DNA of 64,000 nt from Candidatus Poribacteria bacterium (GCA_965205015.1 OZ242029.1:2272001-2336000); one strand, 5' to 3'. Counted from the stretch's first letter, positions 19,322 through 29,622 are shown. Numbers and translations: made by a program. The notes: a model not told the origin generated them from the letters alone.

Positions 19322-20227
19322 CTATGTATTTGATTCAAGTGCTAACCGTCCAGCGAGATCCGCCACAAATTGAGAGGCGATGCGCCCTGAACGTCCACTT
19401 GAGGATGCCTCCCATTCCAACGCAGCTCGGTGCAACGCTTCCGTTGGAACGGATAGCCCGTGTTTCTGTGCATAATGGGAGACAATCTGCAAATAGGTGT
19501 CCTGTGAAATCCGTTGGAAAGCGAGGCGCACCCCAAAACGGTCGCTTAAGGAAACCTTTTCCTCTGTCGCCTCACGCGGATACAACTCATCTTCGTCGTT
19601 CTGTGGGTATCGGTTCTCTTGGACCTGTCGCGGCATCAAGTGTCGGCGGTTTGAGGTGGCATAGATAAGGACGTTGTCCGGGCACGCCGAGATGCCACCC
19701 TCTAACATCGCTTTCAACTCACGATATTCAGGTTCATCTTCGTTGAAGGCGAGATCGTCGCAAAAAAGGATATACCGTTCAGGACGCTCCCAGAGCACCT
19801 CGGCAATCTCTTGGAGATGGACAAGTCCCTCTTTGCTGATACCGATTAACCGCAGTCCATCATCAGCGTAGCGTTTCAGCATCCCCTTGACAAGCGAAGA
19901 TTTACCCGTGCCGCGGTCCCCCCATAACAGGACGTGATTCGCAGGCAGCCCCTGTAGAAACTGACGTGTGTTCCTATCAAGTCTCCTCTCCTGCCGCTCT
20001 ATTCCGATCAGATCCGATAGCCCCACGAGATTCGGATATTTAACGGGAATTAAATGCCCCGATCCGTTCTGGGATCGCCACCGAAAAGCGATATGGTTAT
20101 CAAGTTGGGCATCAAGCACCGCACTCGACGATTGAACTGGGAGTCCACCCAAGCGGGTCAATACGTTATCTGCCTTCTCCAGCAGTTGGATAAAAAGTTC
20201 TTCCTGATTTCGCGTTTTTTCAGACAT
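19322..20227 (-). CDS. AAA+ ATP-binding protein (DUF815)
   Basis: GDRGTGKSS, FCDDL, YATSNRRHL, SLSDRFG, RSGRIA. Confidence 0.9.
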   Translation of the reverse strand: MSEKTRNQEELFIQLLEKADNVLTRLGGLPVQSSSAVLDAQLDNHIAFRWRSQNGSGHLIPVKYPNLVGLSDLIGIERQERRLDRNTRQFLQGLPANHVLLWGDRGTGKSSLVKGMLKRYADDGLRLIGISKEGLVHLQEIAEVLWERPERYILFCDDLAFNEDEPEYRELKAMLEGGISACPDNVLIYATSNRRHLMPRQVQENRYPQNDEDELYPREATEEKVSLSDRFGVRLAFQRISQDTYLQIVSHYAQKHGLSVPTEALHRAALEWEASSSGRSGRIASQFVADLAGRLALESNT

Positions 20228-20234
20228 TATTTTT

Positions 20235-20359
20235 GGTTATCGGTTATCAGTTGTCGGTTAAAGAGAGTTCCTGTAACAATCCTCTCGTTCTTGGAATATT
20301 CCAACAGTGGATGGATTGTTACAAACCCATCTCTTAACTGATAACTGACGACTGACACC
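20235..20359. repeat. Long inverted-repeat element with heptamer tandem repeats at both ends
   Basis: GGTTATC/AGTTGTC heptamers, inner arms TGTAACAATCC / GGATTGTTACA, mirrored AACTGAT/GACTGAC heptamers. Confidence 0.7.
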
Positions 20360-20383
20360 TATTTAAGATGTGTGCTTACTATT

Positions 20384-21178
20384 TTACGGGTTCTTTAACT
20401 GTCCCCACGTTAGCGTCAATTTGCCCGCTGCATCAACAGCGAGCGGACCGCCGAAAGTCAGCGTTCCAAGATTCCCCGAATCGTCAGGATTCAGACCGTG
20501 CCAATCCATGAACACAAGACCTGCCTTCTTCTCCGGATTGTCCGTCCCTTCCTCGTATCCGGGTGTGAAACCGATTTCCGTTCCTTCCTCGATTTTGACA
20601 TCGGTGAGCCATTCAAATCGCATCGCGACCTCATAAATCATGCCACCTTTGCCGAGTTCCGGGGTCGGAACCGCCGCAATATCGGATTTGGGGAGATTCG
20701 GATTTTTGCCACCACTGAAGTCAGATACGAGGGCTTTTTTCTTAATAAACGCAAAATTGGGTTTGCTTGAAGGCTGCCCGGCTCCGACCTGCTCCCAATC
20801 AATATACAAAAAGATCGTATCACCCGTCCAAGGTTGTGCCGCATTCGCCGCCGGTGCGAAAATATCATCGCGCACCGCCGCTGCGAAATAGAAGGTCTCC
20901 GCGTCATACATCGTCGACCAGGTCATCGTCAGATCATCTTTCCCTTTCCATGCCCCTTGTCCACGAAGCAGCTCATCCTCCGAGTCAAACGCGACCCAGA
21001 CGGCGTACTTCCAGTCATCAAGTTTTCCATCAATCTTGGGGGTGTTCGGGATAAAACCAGCGATGGATTCCCCATATTCCAACCCAAACGCGTCGCTGTT
21101 GTCCTCTGGTAAGAACGCCCCACTCGCTGAAAAAACAAGTAGAGACCCGAAGAGAATCGATAAAATTGCCGTTTTCAT
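20384..21178 (-). CDS. Secreted CBM9-like sugar-binding protein
   Basis: PKIDGKLDDW, YD...FYFA..VRDD, W.GD, YEVA; tail VDAAGKLTLTWGQLK. Confidence 0.75.
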   Translation of the reverse strand: MKTAILSILFGSLLVFSASGAFLPEDNSDAFGLEYGESIAGFIPNTPKIDGKLDDWKYAVWVAFDSEDELLRGQGAWKGKDDLTMTWSTMYDAETFYFAAAVRDDIFAPAANAAQPWTGDTIFLYIDWEQVGAGQPSSKPNFAFIKKKALVSDFSGGKNPNLPKSDIAAVPTPELGKGGMIYEVAMRFEWLTDVKIEEGTEIGFTPGYEEGTDNPEKKAGLVFMDWHGLNPDDSGNLGTLTFGGPLAVDAAGKLTLTWGQLKNP

Positions 21179-21223
21179 CGCTTACGTTGCCTCCTCTGCT
21201 ACTGCTTGGTTGTTTCCTCTACA

Positions 21224-21898
21224 CTATTGTAATCTCCTCACAGGTTCTAAACTCAGTAACCCAGACACATCTTCAAGAATCGCATAAGTATTGTAACTTT
21301 CAAAAGCCGTTCGTGGCGTGACACCCGAAAGCACAGCGACAAACGCAATGCCAGCACGTCGCGCGGTTTCAGCATCCGTCACGCTATCTCCGACGTAGAG
21401 GCAATTTGGGGTGACGCTCCCCGTCTGGGCAACCGCCAGTCGTAACCCTTCAGGATCCGGTTTATACGCTGCGTCCCCACCCCCAACGATGACTTCAAAT
21501 GCCTCCAATAGCTTCTTTTTCTCAAGAATCGGTTGAATATAGCGACGAGTTTTCTGAGAAACGATGGCGAGTTGAATGTCAAGTTCTCGTAACGCCTTCA
21601 CCGTCTGTGGCACCTCTGCGTAAAACTCCGCCAACGCAACCATCGTCTCATCCGCGCGTTGGAGAAACAGATGGGTAAATTCATCAATACGCTTGGCGTA
21701 TGCGTCTCCTGCTAACGCCGTCAGTATATCCGGTAGCGACAGGCCGATTGTCCGACGCACCGCGGCATCGGAAGCGGTCGGCAAACCCATTTTTTCAAAC
21801 GCATAATTGACACCGTCAATTGTGCCTCGCGCCGAGTCTACCAATGTATAGTCAAAATCGAAGATAATAGTTTGGATTGGCATCTTCAATTGCCTCAA
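21224..21898 (-). CDS. HAD-family phosphatase
   Basis: FDFDYTL, KPDP, YVGDSVTD. Confidence 0.9.
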   Translation of the reverse strand: MRQLKMPIQTIIFDFDYTLVDSARGTIDGVNYAFEKMGLPTASDAAVRRTIGLSLPDILTALAGDAYAKRIDEFTHLFLQRADETMVALAEFYAEVPQTVKALRELDIQLAIVSQKTRRYIQPILEKKKLLEAFEVIVGGGDAAYKPDPEGLRLAVAQTGSVTPNCLYVGDSVTDAETARRAGIAFVAVLSGVTPRTAFESYNTYAILEDVSGLLSLEPVRRLQ

Positions 21899-21999
21899 AA
21901 TTCAGGTTCGGATATTCTGATCGTCATCAATACGAATGTTCACCAGTAACTGTGTAGCGATAAAAAATCAAGACGCAAGCGAATAGTTCCGCTATAGGC

Positions 22000-23640
22000 T
22001 TATAGTTGCTTAGAGACTTGCTCTGCCAATCGAATCAGGGCAGGCGACATGTCCGATTTCCCAAGTGCTGCCTCAATTAGGACAAAATGTTGCGTTTCAG
22101 CAAGTGCAGCGTTCATAGCGGTGTCAAATTCGCCTTCGGTACGGACAGCAAACGCGCGCCCTGTGCCGAAAAGTTCTGGTACCCGAGTATAGTCCCAATT
22201 CTCTATATCGTTAAAGGGCCCTTCAATGAACGGGCGGACGGTGCCATATCCCTGGTTGTTTAAGATCAGAACGATGGGATTGAGCCCATAGCGGATAGTC
22301 GTTGACAACTCGGTGCCAGTCATTTGGAATGCCCCATCCCCTACAACAACAAGTGGACGGGACGTGGGTTTACCCAGTTGTGCTCCAATTGCGGCAGGGA
22401 TTGCAAATCCCATTGAGGTATAGTAGGCGAGGCTAATAAACTCGGTGCGTTCAGGGAGCCGCAAGTCCGCAGCAGCCCAGAGGCTATCACCAACATCCGG
22501 GATAATCGTCATGTTCTCGCGTAGAAGTAGATTCAGTTGTTGGAACAGGCGGTGCATTGTAAGCGGCTGGTCAGGTGCTATCTTAAAAGGTTCTGGTACT
22601 TCCATGACCCATTCCAAGTCTATGTCCCCGCGTTCCTGGAGTTTTGGAGAACGTAATCCGTCGATAAAATCTCCAAATGTGATATCTTCATAAGTGGAGT
22701 AGCCGACGGCAATTCTATCCGAGGTTGCGTATAAACAGCGACTTCGCTCAAGTTTTGCTGTGTAAATGCCAAGATTGACATCCGTCATGAAGGCCCCAAG
22801 AATAATAACGCAATCGGAAGTTTCAACAAGCATAGAGACTTCATCTCTACTCATCCCGCCGCCATAGATACCCAAGTAAAGCGGATGTGCTTCTGGCATT
22901 ACTGACTTGCCCAACAGTGTTGTCACCACGGGGATCTGTTTTTCTTCGGTAAGCCGCAATAATTTGTTTTGGTAGCCGAATCTGTGGAGGTCCGCCCCCG
23001 CTAAAATGATGGGATTCTCACTCTGATTTATGAACCCAATTGCATTCGCTAATGCGGCATTCAACGTTTCTGGGTCACTGTGGTGCCCGCCCGTTGAGGA
23101 ACGTTGATAGACCTGCCCCTGTATATTGACCATATCCCGTGGCAGTTCAATGTAACCTGGACGTTTCTGCCGATAGACTGCATCCAACACTCTGTCTATC
23201 TCGTTAAAGGCGGTAAAAGGTTCGTCGAGGAGTGCTGATGCAACGGTGATCTCGTCATAGATACGTTGTTGTGTATAAAAATCTCTACCTTTATGGTGTA
23301 AGAGTGCCCCCTCACGGCGCTCTTTTATTCCTGGGCTCCCGCTAATCACAACGAGGGGTGACTTTTCAGCGTATGCAGCGGTGACAGCGTTAATCATGGA
23401 TAATCCACCAACACCGTACGTCACACAGGCAGCCCCCATACCCTTTATGCGAGCATATGCATCTGCTGCAAATCCTGCCGTATCTTCTCGTGTCGTGCCG
23501 ATGTGTTGAATCGGACCCTTCTCAATCAGATCGAAGAACTGCACTACATAATCACCCGGGATGCCGAAGATGTGGTCAACCCCGTAATCTCGCAGTTTTT
23601 TCAAAAGGTACTCACCGATAGTAGATTGCCCGTTTTGCAT
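22000..23640 (-). CDS. TPP-dependent alpha-keto acid decarboxylase (indolepyruvate decarboxylase family)
   Basis: FGIPGDY, ADAYAR, LHH, GDGAFQMT...NNQGY. Confidence 0.9.
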   Translation of the reverse strand: MQNGQSTIGEYLLKKLRDYGVDHIFGIPGDYVVQFFDLIEKGPIQHIGTTREDTAGFAADAYARIKGMGAACVTYGVGGLSMINAVTAAYAEKSPLVVISGSPGIKERREGALLHHKGRDFYTQQRIYDEITVASALLDEPFTAFNEIDRVLDAVYRQKRPGYIELPRDMVNIQGQVYQRSSTGGHHSDPETLNAALANAIGFINQSENPIILAGADLHRFGYQNKLLRLTEEKQIPVVTTLLGKSVMPEAHPLYLGIYGGGMSRDEVSMLVETSDCVIILGAFMTDVNLGIYTAKLERSRCLYATSDRIAVGYSTYEDITFGDFIDGLRSPKLQERGDIDLEWVMEVPEPFKIAPDQPLTMHRLFQQLNLLLRENMTIIPDVGDSLWAAADLRLPERTEFISLAYYTSMGFAIPAAIGAQLGKPTSRPLVVVGDGAFQMTGTELSTTIRYGLNPIVLILNNQGYGTVRPFIEGPFNDIENWDYTRVPELFGTGRAFAVRTEGEFDTAMNAALAETQHFVLIEAALGKSDMSPALIRLAEQVSKQL

Positions 23641-23748
23641 TAAATATTCTTCTCCAGAGCAGCGCGGCATGTTCATCCCAAAGTCCCAGCACTGCGATAT
23701 ATGAAGATGTGAGTGCTTTGTAAGTTCAGATACACCATTAATTAATTT

Positions 23749-24801
23749 TCAAAACTTAAGTTCGGATAGCCCGACCTCCATTGCCGTTTCTTGGATCTGT
23801 CGCCAGGTCTCGTCATCAATAGGGATGCCTTCGCGCTGACGGCGTTCTGTTTGGCGCGCCTCGATTTCTCCCGGTGTCAGAATTTCATCGAATCCCGGTG
23901 CGTTAGGTGAGGCTTTCACGTGGGCGATGAGTCCGTCAACATGCTCATAAAAGTCATCAAGCGGCGTAAAGTTAGCAATATCCAAGGCAATCATCAAGAC
24001 CCCGTTCTGGAGACGGGTGTTCCCAGATCCACTGCAACCGGCACCCGACAACGCACCCCCCAAAATGTCAATCATCAGACCGAGCGCGTATCCCTTGTGC
24101 CCAGCAATACCACCGAGCGGCAACAGCGCGCCCTGCGGAGATTCCATCAAGTCCCGCGGATCTTGGGTCGGTTCCCCTTCACTGTTAATCAGCCAGCCGA
24201 GGGGGACAGACTCCCCACGATTAAACGCCACGCGAATCTTGCCTTGTGCCACGACGCTACTTGTGATGTCAAGCAGAATCGGATGTCCGTTGCGGGTCGG
24301 GGTCGCAATCGCGAGCGGATTCGTTGCCAGCCGTCCATCGCTTCCACCGAACGGAGCGACGTAGAGCGCAGTTCCACCGGCGTTCACCATCGTGATGCCT
24401 ACCATACCGGCTTCAGCTGCCATCAGTGGATAACTCCCGATACGTCCGATGTGATTACAGTTGTAGACGCTGATTGCACTGATTGTGCTTGACTTCGCCT
24501 TCTCAATCGCGAGGGACATCGCTTTCTGTGCGATGACGTGTCCAAAGCCCCAATTGCCGTTAAGGAGCGCGTGCGAAGTCGACTCGCGTTCAATGTGCAT
24601 CGGTGCTCCCGGCTGAATCAGCCCGGAGTCGATGAGTCCAATATACTGCGGAATTCGGATAACCCCGTGGGAATCATGCCCTGCGAGATTTGAAGCGACG
24701 AGCAGTTCTCCGATAATCTCTGCTTCATCGCTGGGGACACCCCCGGCTTCAAAAATGTCAGTCGTGATTTTCTGTAACTGGTTCTGCGTGAAATTTGGCA
24801 C
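23749..24801 (-). CDS. Ldh_2-family (malate/L-lactate) oxidoreductase
   Basis: GHDSHG, NHIGR, TNPLA, GHKGYAL. Confidence 0.9.
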   Translation of the reverse strand: MPNFTQNQLQKITTDIFEAGGVPSDEAEIIGELLVASNLAGHDSHGVIRIPQYIGLIDSGLIQPGAPMHIERESTSHALLNGNWGFGHVIAQKAMSLAIEKAKSSTISAISVYNCNHIGRIGSYPLMAAEAGMVGITMVNAGGTALYVAPFGGSDGRLATNPLAIATPTRNGHPILLDITSSVVAQGKIRVAFNRGESVPLGWLINSEGEPTQDPRDLMESPQGALLPLGGIAGHKGYALGLMIDILGGALSGAGCSGSGNTRLQNGVLMIALDIANFTPLDDFYEHVDGLIAHVKASPNAPGFDEILTPGEIEARQTERRQREGIPIDDETWRQIQETAMEVGLSELKF

Positions 24802-24821
24802 GCGCCTACCTCTGCTTTCAA

Positions 24822-25607
24822 TTATGCTGCTTCAAACAGTGATGGGAAATGACGATGCGGGTCTGCAGGCTCACGGAAGAGAATCTTTTGGCGTTCCGTT
24901 AGCTCTATGTCCTCCGGTATCGCCACGCGGCGCGAGGTCCACGCGATATGTGAAACGCAATACTTATACAGAAGGGATCTGCGTTGATGTTTGCCGTTCC
25001 ATGCCGCTGTGCCGTGCGTCAGTGCCTCCGTAAACAGAATTGCTGAGCCGGCAGGTGCCTCTGGAATGATGACACTGGGTGACTGTTCGGGTGCCTCAGC
25101 TATCTGTTGTGGGAGTTTGAAATTGCCTTTATGGCTCCCCGGAATGCAGCAGAATCCACCGTAATCCGGTCCGGTATCTGCGAGGTTCCACGTCACAACG
25201 ACGAACCCGTTGTGGATTTCGTTATCTCGGAAAGAGTAGTATTCTCCGGGTGTCGCTCTTGCCGTGGGAGAGGTAGCGCCGTAGTCAGCATGTAGGTGTC
25301 CACGCGGCATTCCTTCCCGCATATACATCCCGTAAATCCGGTCGAGTCGAAAACAATCCCCCAGGCGAAATTGAAGTATCGGCATAATCTTGGGATGGTC
25401 AAGTAAATCACAGAACGGTTTTCCCCACTGCAGAAACCCGGGACCCTCTGGGGCACTTCCAAACCTTTGAACCTTTCCCGGTGTGGGAAGTTGTTGTTCG
25501 TCAACACATTGATTGAGTGCCGCAACCTCTTCCGGACTCAAGACATTCTCAACGACGAGGTAACCTTGCACGTCAAAGAGGTACTGTTGTAACTGTAAAT
25601 CACTCAT
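24822..25607 (-). CDS. Phytanoyl-CoA dioxygenase family protein
   Basis: HAD, IPGSHK, EALTHG, RR. Confidence 0.85.
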   Translation of the reverse strand: MSDLQLQQYLFDVQGYLVVENVLSPEEVAALNQCVDEQQLPTPGKVQRFGSAPEGPGFLQWGKPFCDLLDHPKIMPILQFRLGDCFRLDRIYGMYMREGMPRGHLHADYGATSPTARATPGEYYSFRDNEIHNGFVVVTWNLADTGPDYGGFCCIPGSHKGNFKLPQQIAEAPEQSPSVIIPEAPAGSAILFTEALTHGTAAWNGKHQRRSLLYKYCVSHIAWTSRRVAIPEDIELTERQKILFREPADPHRHFPSLFEAA

Positions 25608-25832
25608 AAGCTTACTCTCCTACTGTTCTATAGGCTTCACGCTTAACGGTGGCATTGTTTTGATAAGAGTTGATAATCAATTTATCACATCCAACCCGAC
25701 TGTGTCAAACAAATTTCAATTTTGTGGTGTGTGGATGCCCTATAGGGTGCAACGCGAATATCGGCTTGCCCGTTTTGGTGCAAGTTATCCATTTTGAGAC
25801 TGGATATAGCGATATATTTACGGTTCCGGTCG

Positions 25833-25849
25833 TTGGCATATAAATTGCT
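25833..25849 (+). promoter_or_regulatory. Sigma-54 (-24/-12) promoter
   Basis: TTGGCATATAAATTGCT = GG-N10-GC, about 50 bp upstream of the WD40 gene. Confidence 0.6.
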
Positions 25850-25897
25850 CAATTTTTATAACAAGAGTCTATTGTTTGAAAAGGAGGGATCCTACTG

Positions 25898-27067
25898 ATG
25901 AAGCAGAGAATCTTTTTTAGGTCTATGTTGTTATTGATTTTTATACTATCCTTGCCAAGCAGCTTCGCCCAGGAGTCTTCTCAATGGTGCTTGCCGGATG
26001 GGGCCATAGCGCGACTCGGTAAAGGCAACATATCGGTTAGGGTTGTTACGTTTTCACCGGATGGAAAAACCCTCGCAAGCGGTAGTTCTCCCCATATAAT
26101 ACAATTGTGGGATATGGATACCCAACAATGCCATACTACGCTTGAAGCCGATGCGTTTTGGGTCTGGGGACTTATATTCTCGCCAGATGGGCAGCTGCTT
26201 GTGAGTGGTAGTTCAGAAGAGGTGCTGATATGGAGTGCGCACACTGAAGAACTCCACGCAAGGTATCAAAGATGGTATGGTGCTATTGCATTTTCGTCAG
26301 ATGGTAGAACATTAGCGAGCGGAATATTTGATGGGACAATCAAGTTATGGGATACGCGCACGATCCAAAACTGGGAGTCCGCTCAGAGCCACACTGTTCT
26401 TGATGAATATCGCAGCAGCTTTGATAGTTTAATGTTTTCGCCGGATGGTTCGACACTTGCCAGTGCGGGTATAGAAGGCTCTATTTTGTTGTGGAACGTC
26501 TATACCGCTCAATTAGAAACGACACTCATTGGACATAGTGGACCGGTTAATACCTTAGCATTTTCTCCAGATGGTAAGACACTCGCCAGTGGCGGTTCAG
26601 ATAAAACAATTCGATTATGGGACGTAGAAACTCAGGTGGTTAAGAAAATTCTTAGTGGTCATACAGATGGTGTAAGCTCCGTTGCGTTTTCCTCGGATAG
26701 AAAAACGCTTGCCAGCGGCAGTCGAGACGGGACTGTTCGGTTGTGGGATGTACACACAGATCAAGATTGCACCATTCTTAGAGGGCATGAGTATGAGGTT
26801 AATTCCGTTGCGTTTTCTCCAGATGGCAGGATACTCGCCAGTGGCGGTGGAGAGGGGACGATTCTTTTGTGGAAAACTCGATCTGAAGAGCCAGAAGATG
26901 TCAACAATGATGGAAGTGTAAATATTGACGATCTAACGTTTGTTGCTGATCATTTCGGTCAGGTCGGAGAAGGAAATGCAGCGGATGTTAATGGTGATGG
27001 AGTCGTCAATGTCCTTGATCTTGTTGCTGTAGCGGATGCGATAAAGGGAAACCTCTTGTTGAAATAG
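25898..27067 (+). CDS. Secreted WD40-repeat protein with C-terminal dockerin-like domain
   Basis: Signal peptide, LPDGAIARLGKG, ~7 FS(P/S)DGxxLASG..LWD repeats, DVNNDGSVNIDDL and DVNGDGVVNVLDL. Confidence 0.9.
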   Translation: MKQRIFFRSMLLLIFILSLPSSFAQESSQWCLPDGAIARLGKGNISVRVVTFSPDGKTLASGSSPHIIQLWDMDTQQCHTTLEADAFWVWGLIFSPDGQLLVSGSSEEVLIWSAHTEELHARYQRWYGAIAFSSDGRTLASGIFDGTIKLWDTRTIQNWESAQSHTVLDEYRSSFDSLMFSPDGSTLASAGIEGSILLWNVYTAQLETTLIGHSGPVNTLAFSPDGKTLASGGSDKTIRLWDVETQVVKKILSGHTDGVSSVAFSSDRKTLASGSRDGTVRLWDVHTDQDCTILRGHEYEVNSVAFSPDGRILASGGGEGTILLWKTRSEEPEDVNNDGSVNIDDLTFVADHFGQVGEGNAADVNGDGVVNVLDLVAVADAIKGNLLLK

Positions 27068-27161
27068 GGATGGATTTTGGTGTTGACGTAAACCAGAATC
27101 CATTGTAAACTTTGTATTATCGTATATGCTAACACTGCAGAGATACCGAAGGAGGCAGCCT

Positions 27162-28148
27162 ATGGAAAAGCGAATCCTCGGACGAACAGGACTTGAAGTG
27201 AGTGTTTTAGGAATGGGGGGACTCTTTGTCTCAACCGCTGGTGGCAGGAATCGCGCTGACGGACGTAACGCTATCCGCCGAGCCTTGGAACTCGGTGTCA
27301 ACTACGTCGATACCGCACCGAGCTACGGTAACAGTGAAGAGGTCGTTGGAGAGGCTTTAGATGGCGTGCTGCAACCGCACTATCTGTCCACGAAAATCGG
27401 TGGTAGACCGCAACCCTTCGATCCAAAGGATAAGCAACTCTTGCGTCAGTCGGTTGAAGAGAGTCTGCGCTTGCTGAAAAGGGATAGAATTGATATTTTG
27501 ATGGTGCATGAACCCGATCGACCCGGACAATACGATTGGTGGACAAGCCACGAGACATTTGATGGACCCGTCTGTGAGGTATTAGCCGAGCTCAAAGAGG
27601 AGGGAATTGTGCGTTTCACGGGATTGGGCGGCACAACCGCACATCAACTTCCCGCAATTATGGCAACAGGTGTCTATGATGTCGTGCTGGCGGCGCAGAA
27701 CTACAGTCTACTCTGGCGTGAGGCGGCAATCTCAATTTTTCCAGAAGCGAAACGACAGAATATGGGGATTGTCATCGGTGCTCCGTTACAACAGGGTGCA
27801 TTATCCCGCCGCCACACCGAAGTAGAGACAGGGGCATGGTGGCTGAGTCGCCCGCGTCAGGAACAGTTCAAGGCACTCTATCGGTTTTTGGATGAAATCG
27901 AACTCTCGCTTCCAGAGGCAGGACTCCGTATGGTTATCTCCAATCCCGATATTTCTACTGTGCTGGTGGGGGCGAGGTCTGTAGAGGAGGTTGAACAGAA
28001 TGTTCGGGCTGTTGAAGCCGGTCCGTTGCCCTCAGAAATATTAGAGCGACTTCAGGAAATCGCGGATATGGTGCCGTTCCGACCCTTTGAGGAACCCCAT
28101 AGTTTGGCGTTCGGTAGGAAATACAGCGGTCCAGGGCACGCACGGTGA
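27162..28148 (+). CDS. Aldo/keto reductase
   Basis: LGRTGLEVS, DTAPSYG, STK, VHEPD; GGAGG RBS. Confidence 0.9.
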   Translation: MEKRILGRTGLEVSVLGMGGLFVSTAGGRNRADGRNAIRRALELGVNYVDTAPSYGNSEEVVGEALDGVLQPHYLSTKIGGRPQPFDPKDKQLLRQSVEESLRLLKRDRIDILMVHEPDRPGQYDWWTSHETFDGPVCEVLAELKEEGIVRFTGLGGTTAHQLPAIMATGVYDVVLAAQNYSLLWREAAISIFPEAKRQNMGIVIGAPLQQGALSRRHTEVETGAWWLSRPRQEQFKALYRFLDEIELSLPEAGLRMVISNPDISTVLVGARSVEEVEQNVRAVEAGPLPSEILERLQEIADMVPFRPFEEPHSLAFGRKYSGPGHAR

Positions 28149-28153
28149 CGCGC

Positions 28154-28185
28154 AAAAAAGAGAGGCGCGCTCGGAAAGCGCGCCT
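28154..28185 (-). terminator. Intrinsic terminator
   Basis: AGGCGCGC/GCGCGCCT stem with A6 tract on the left, between convergent genes. Confidence 0.6.
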
Positions 28186-28211
28186 GCGTAAAACAATCAA
28201 TTGATGAGATG

Positions 28212-28982
28212 TTATTCGTTGATATAATCCGAGCGCAACTCAAATGTGTGTGACACCCAGCTACCTGCCTGATTATCAAGTTCAGCCTCAATCGCCATGA
28301 TATCCTCCAGCTGCTCATAAGCCTCGGCATCTTCTTGGCTCGCGAACTCTATCTCAACAAGCCGGTGCGGAGATTCACCATAGTAGTTGTCATAAGCGGC
28401 AGTCGCTTTCAATTGAGGCTGTCCGATAATTGTGGAGGAAACGGACGCAACCCACTCCAGATACGCCTGCTTCCCGCCCAGCGGATAGTCAATAAAAATA
28501 ATACCTTTAATCGGCAAATCGCCTTCCGCATCCTTCGAGTAGTCAGAACGTTGGATAAATGTGTGGGCGATTGATACGCTTGAGTGATTCGGAATATCTT
28601 CGAGAATCGCAGCGATCTCTGGACGGTTCAGATAGGTCGCCATATCAAGAAAACTGTTGAATTCCCATTCGACGAGCCGGTTAGGACTCATTTCTGGGTC
28701 CTTGTTGTCGTAAGACCGTATCCGGACGACCTCTTCAGGAGCTTGCAGCGTTGGTGCAACGGAGGCAACCCACGCGATATACGCATCTTTTCCGCCCTCT
28801 GGATAGTCAATCAACAGAACAAACTTCACTGGAATTGCTTCCATATCCGTCATCGTCTCATCCGTAGCGGTATTTGCTGGCATGCCATCTACTACCATTT
28901 TTTGTGCCTTCTCACAACCCGTCAACGCAACAACCGCGATGAGAATTATCAAAAAGAGATTTGTTAATTTCTTCAAATTCAT
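28212..28982 (-). CDS. Lipoprotein with two tandem dimeric alpha/beta-barrel (EthD-like) domains
   Basis: Lipobox ALTGC; duplicated IDYPxGGKxAYxxWVASV...YDN...SPxRLVExEF...HTFxxRSDY. Confidence 0.65.
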   Translation of the reverse strand: MNLKKLTNLFLIILIAVVALTGCEKAQKMVVDGMPANTATDETMTDMEAIPVKFVLLIDYPEGGKDAYIAWVASVAPTLQAPEEVVRIRSYDNKDPEMSPNRLVEWEFNSFLDMATYLNRPEIAAILEDIPNHSSVSIAHTFIQRSDYSKDAEGDLPIKGIIFIDYPLGGKQAYLEWVASVSSTIIGQPQLKATAAYDNYYGESPHRLVEIEFASQEDAEAYEQLEDIMAIEAELDNQAGSWVSHTFELRSDYINE

Positions 28983-29067
28983 TATTTCATCTCCTCTGTT
29001 GAAAAAAATAAATAAAATATTAGAGTTTTCTAACTCTAACATATCACACGATATAATACAATATTTT

Positions 29068-29622
29068 TTAAGAATTTGCTTGCGACTCCCAAATCGGCTC
29101 TGAAGTTTGCGCACGGAAATTCACTGTACGAGCGAGAACAAACAGGAGATCCGACAGCCTGTTCAAACTTCGGATTATCTCAGGATTGACCTCTGCCTCG
29201 CGTGCCAGACGCACAACACACCGTTCACTTCGCCGACACACCACACGCGCGACATGTAAAGTAGCTCCAGCGGTGCAGCCACCGGGCAGAATGAAATTCG
29301 TCAACGGTGGCAGCTCCGCAGAGAGTGTATCTATTGCCGTCTCCATCTCTGTGGTGAAATCTGCCGGTATACGGAATTCAGCAGCTTTCGTATGGGACGC
29401 CGGGGTCGCTAAATCCGCCCCGACATCAAAGAGGTGATTCTGAACCCGCGCCATGAGCTCGGAAAGATCAACATCCTCAACCAACGTCTGCGCATAGCCG
29501 AGATAGGCGTTCAGTTCGTCAACAGTGCCGATCGCCTCAATACGCGGTTCATCTTTCCCCAACCGCGTTCCGCCATAAAGCGCGGTCTCTCCAGAATCGC
29601 CAAATTTAGTATAGATTTTCAT
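29068..29622 (-). CDS. pduO: Cob(I)alamin adenosyltransferase, PduO type
   Basis: KIYTKFGDSGET, GTVDELN, FILPGG, CRRSER, LNRLSDLLF. Confidence 0.92.
   Translation of the reverse strand: MKIYTKFGDSGETALYGGTRLGKDEPRIEAIGTVDELNAYLGYAQTLVEDVDLSELMARVQNHLFDVGADLATPASHTKAAEFRIPADFTTEMETAIDTLSAELPPLTNFILPGGCTAGATLHVARVVCRRSERCVVRLAREAEVNPEIIRSLNRLSDLLFVLARTVNFRAQTSEPIWESQANS

Noticed and set aside
23641-23748. TPP riboswitch upstream of the TPP-dependent decarboxylase
   Set aside because: The conserved CTGAGA and CCTGA elements are not present
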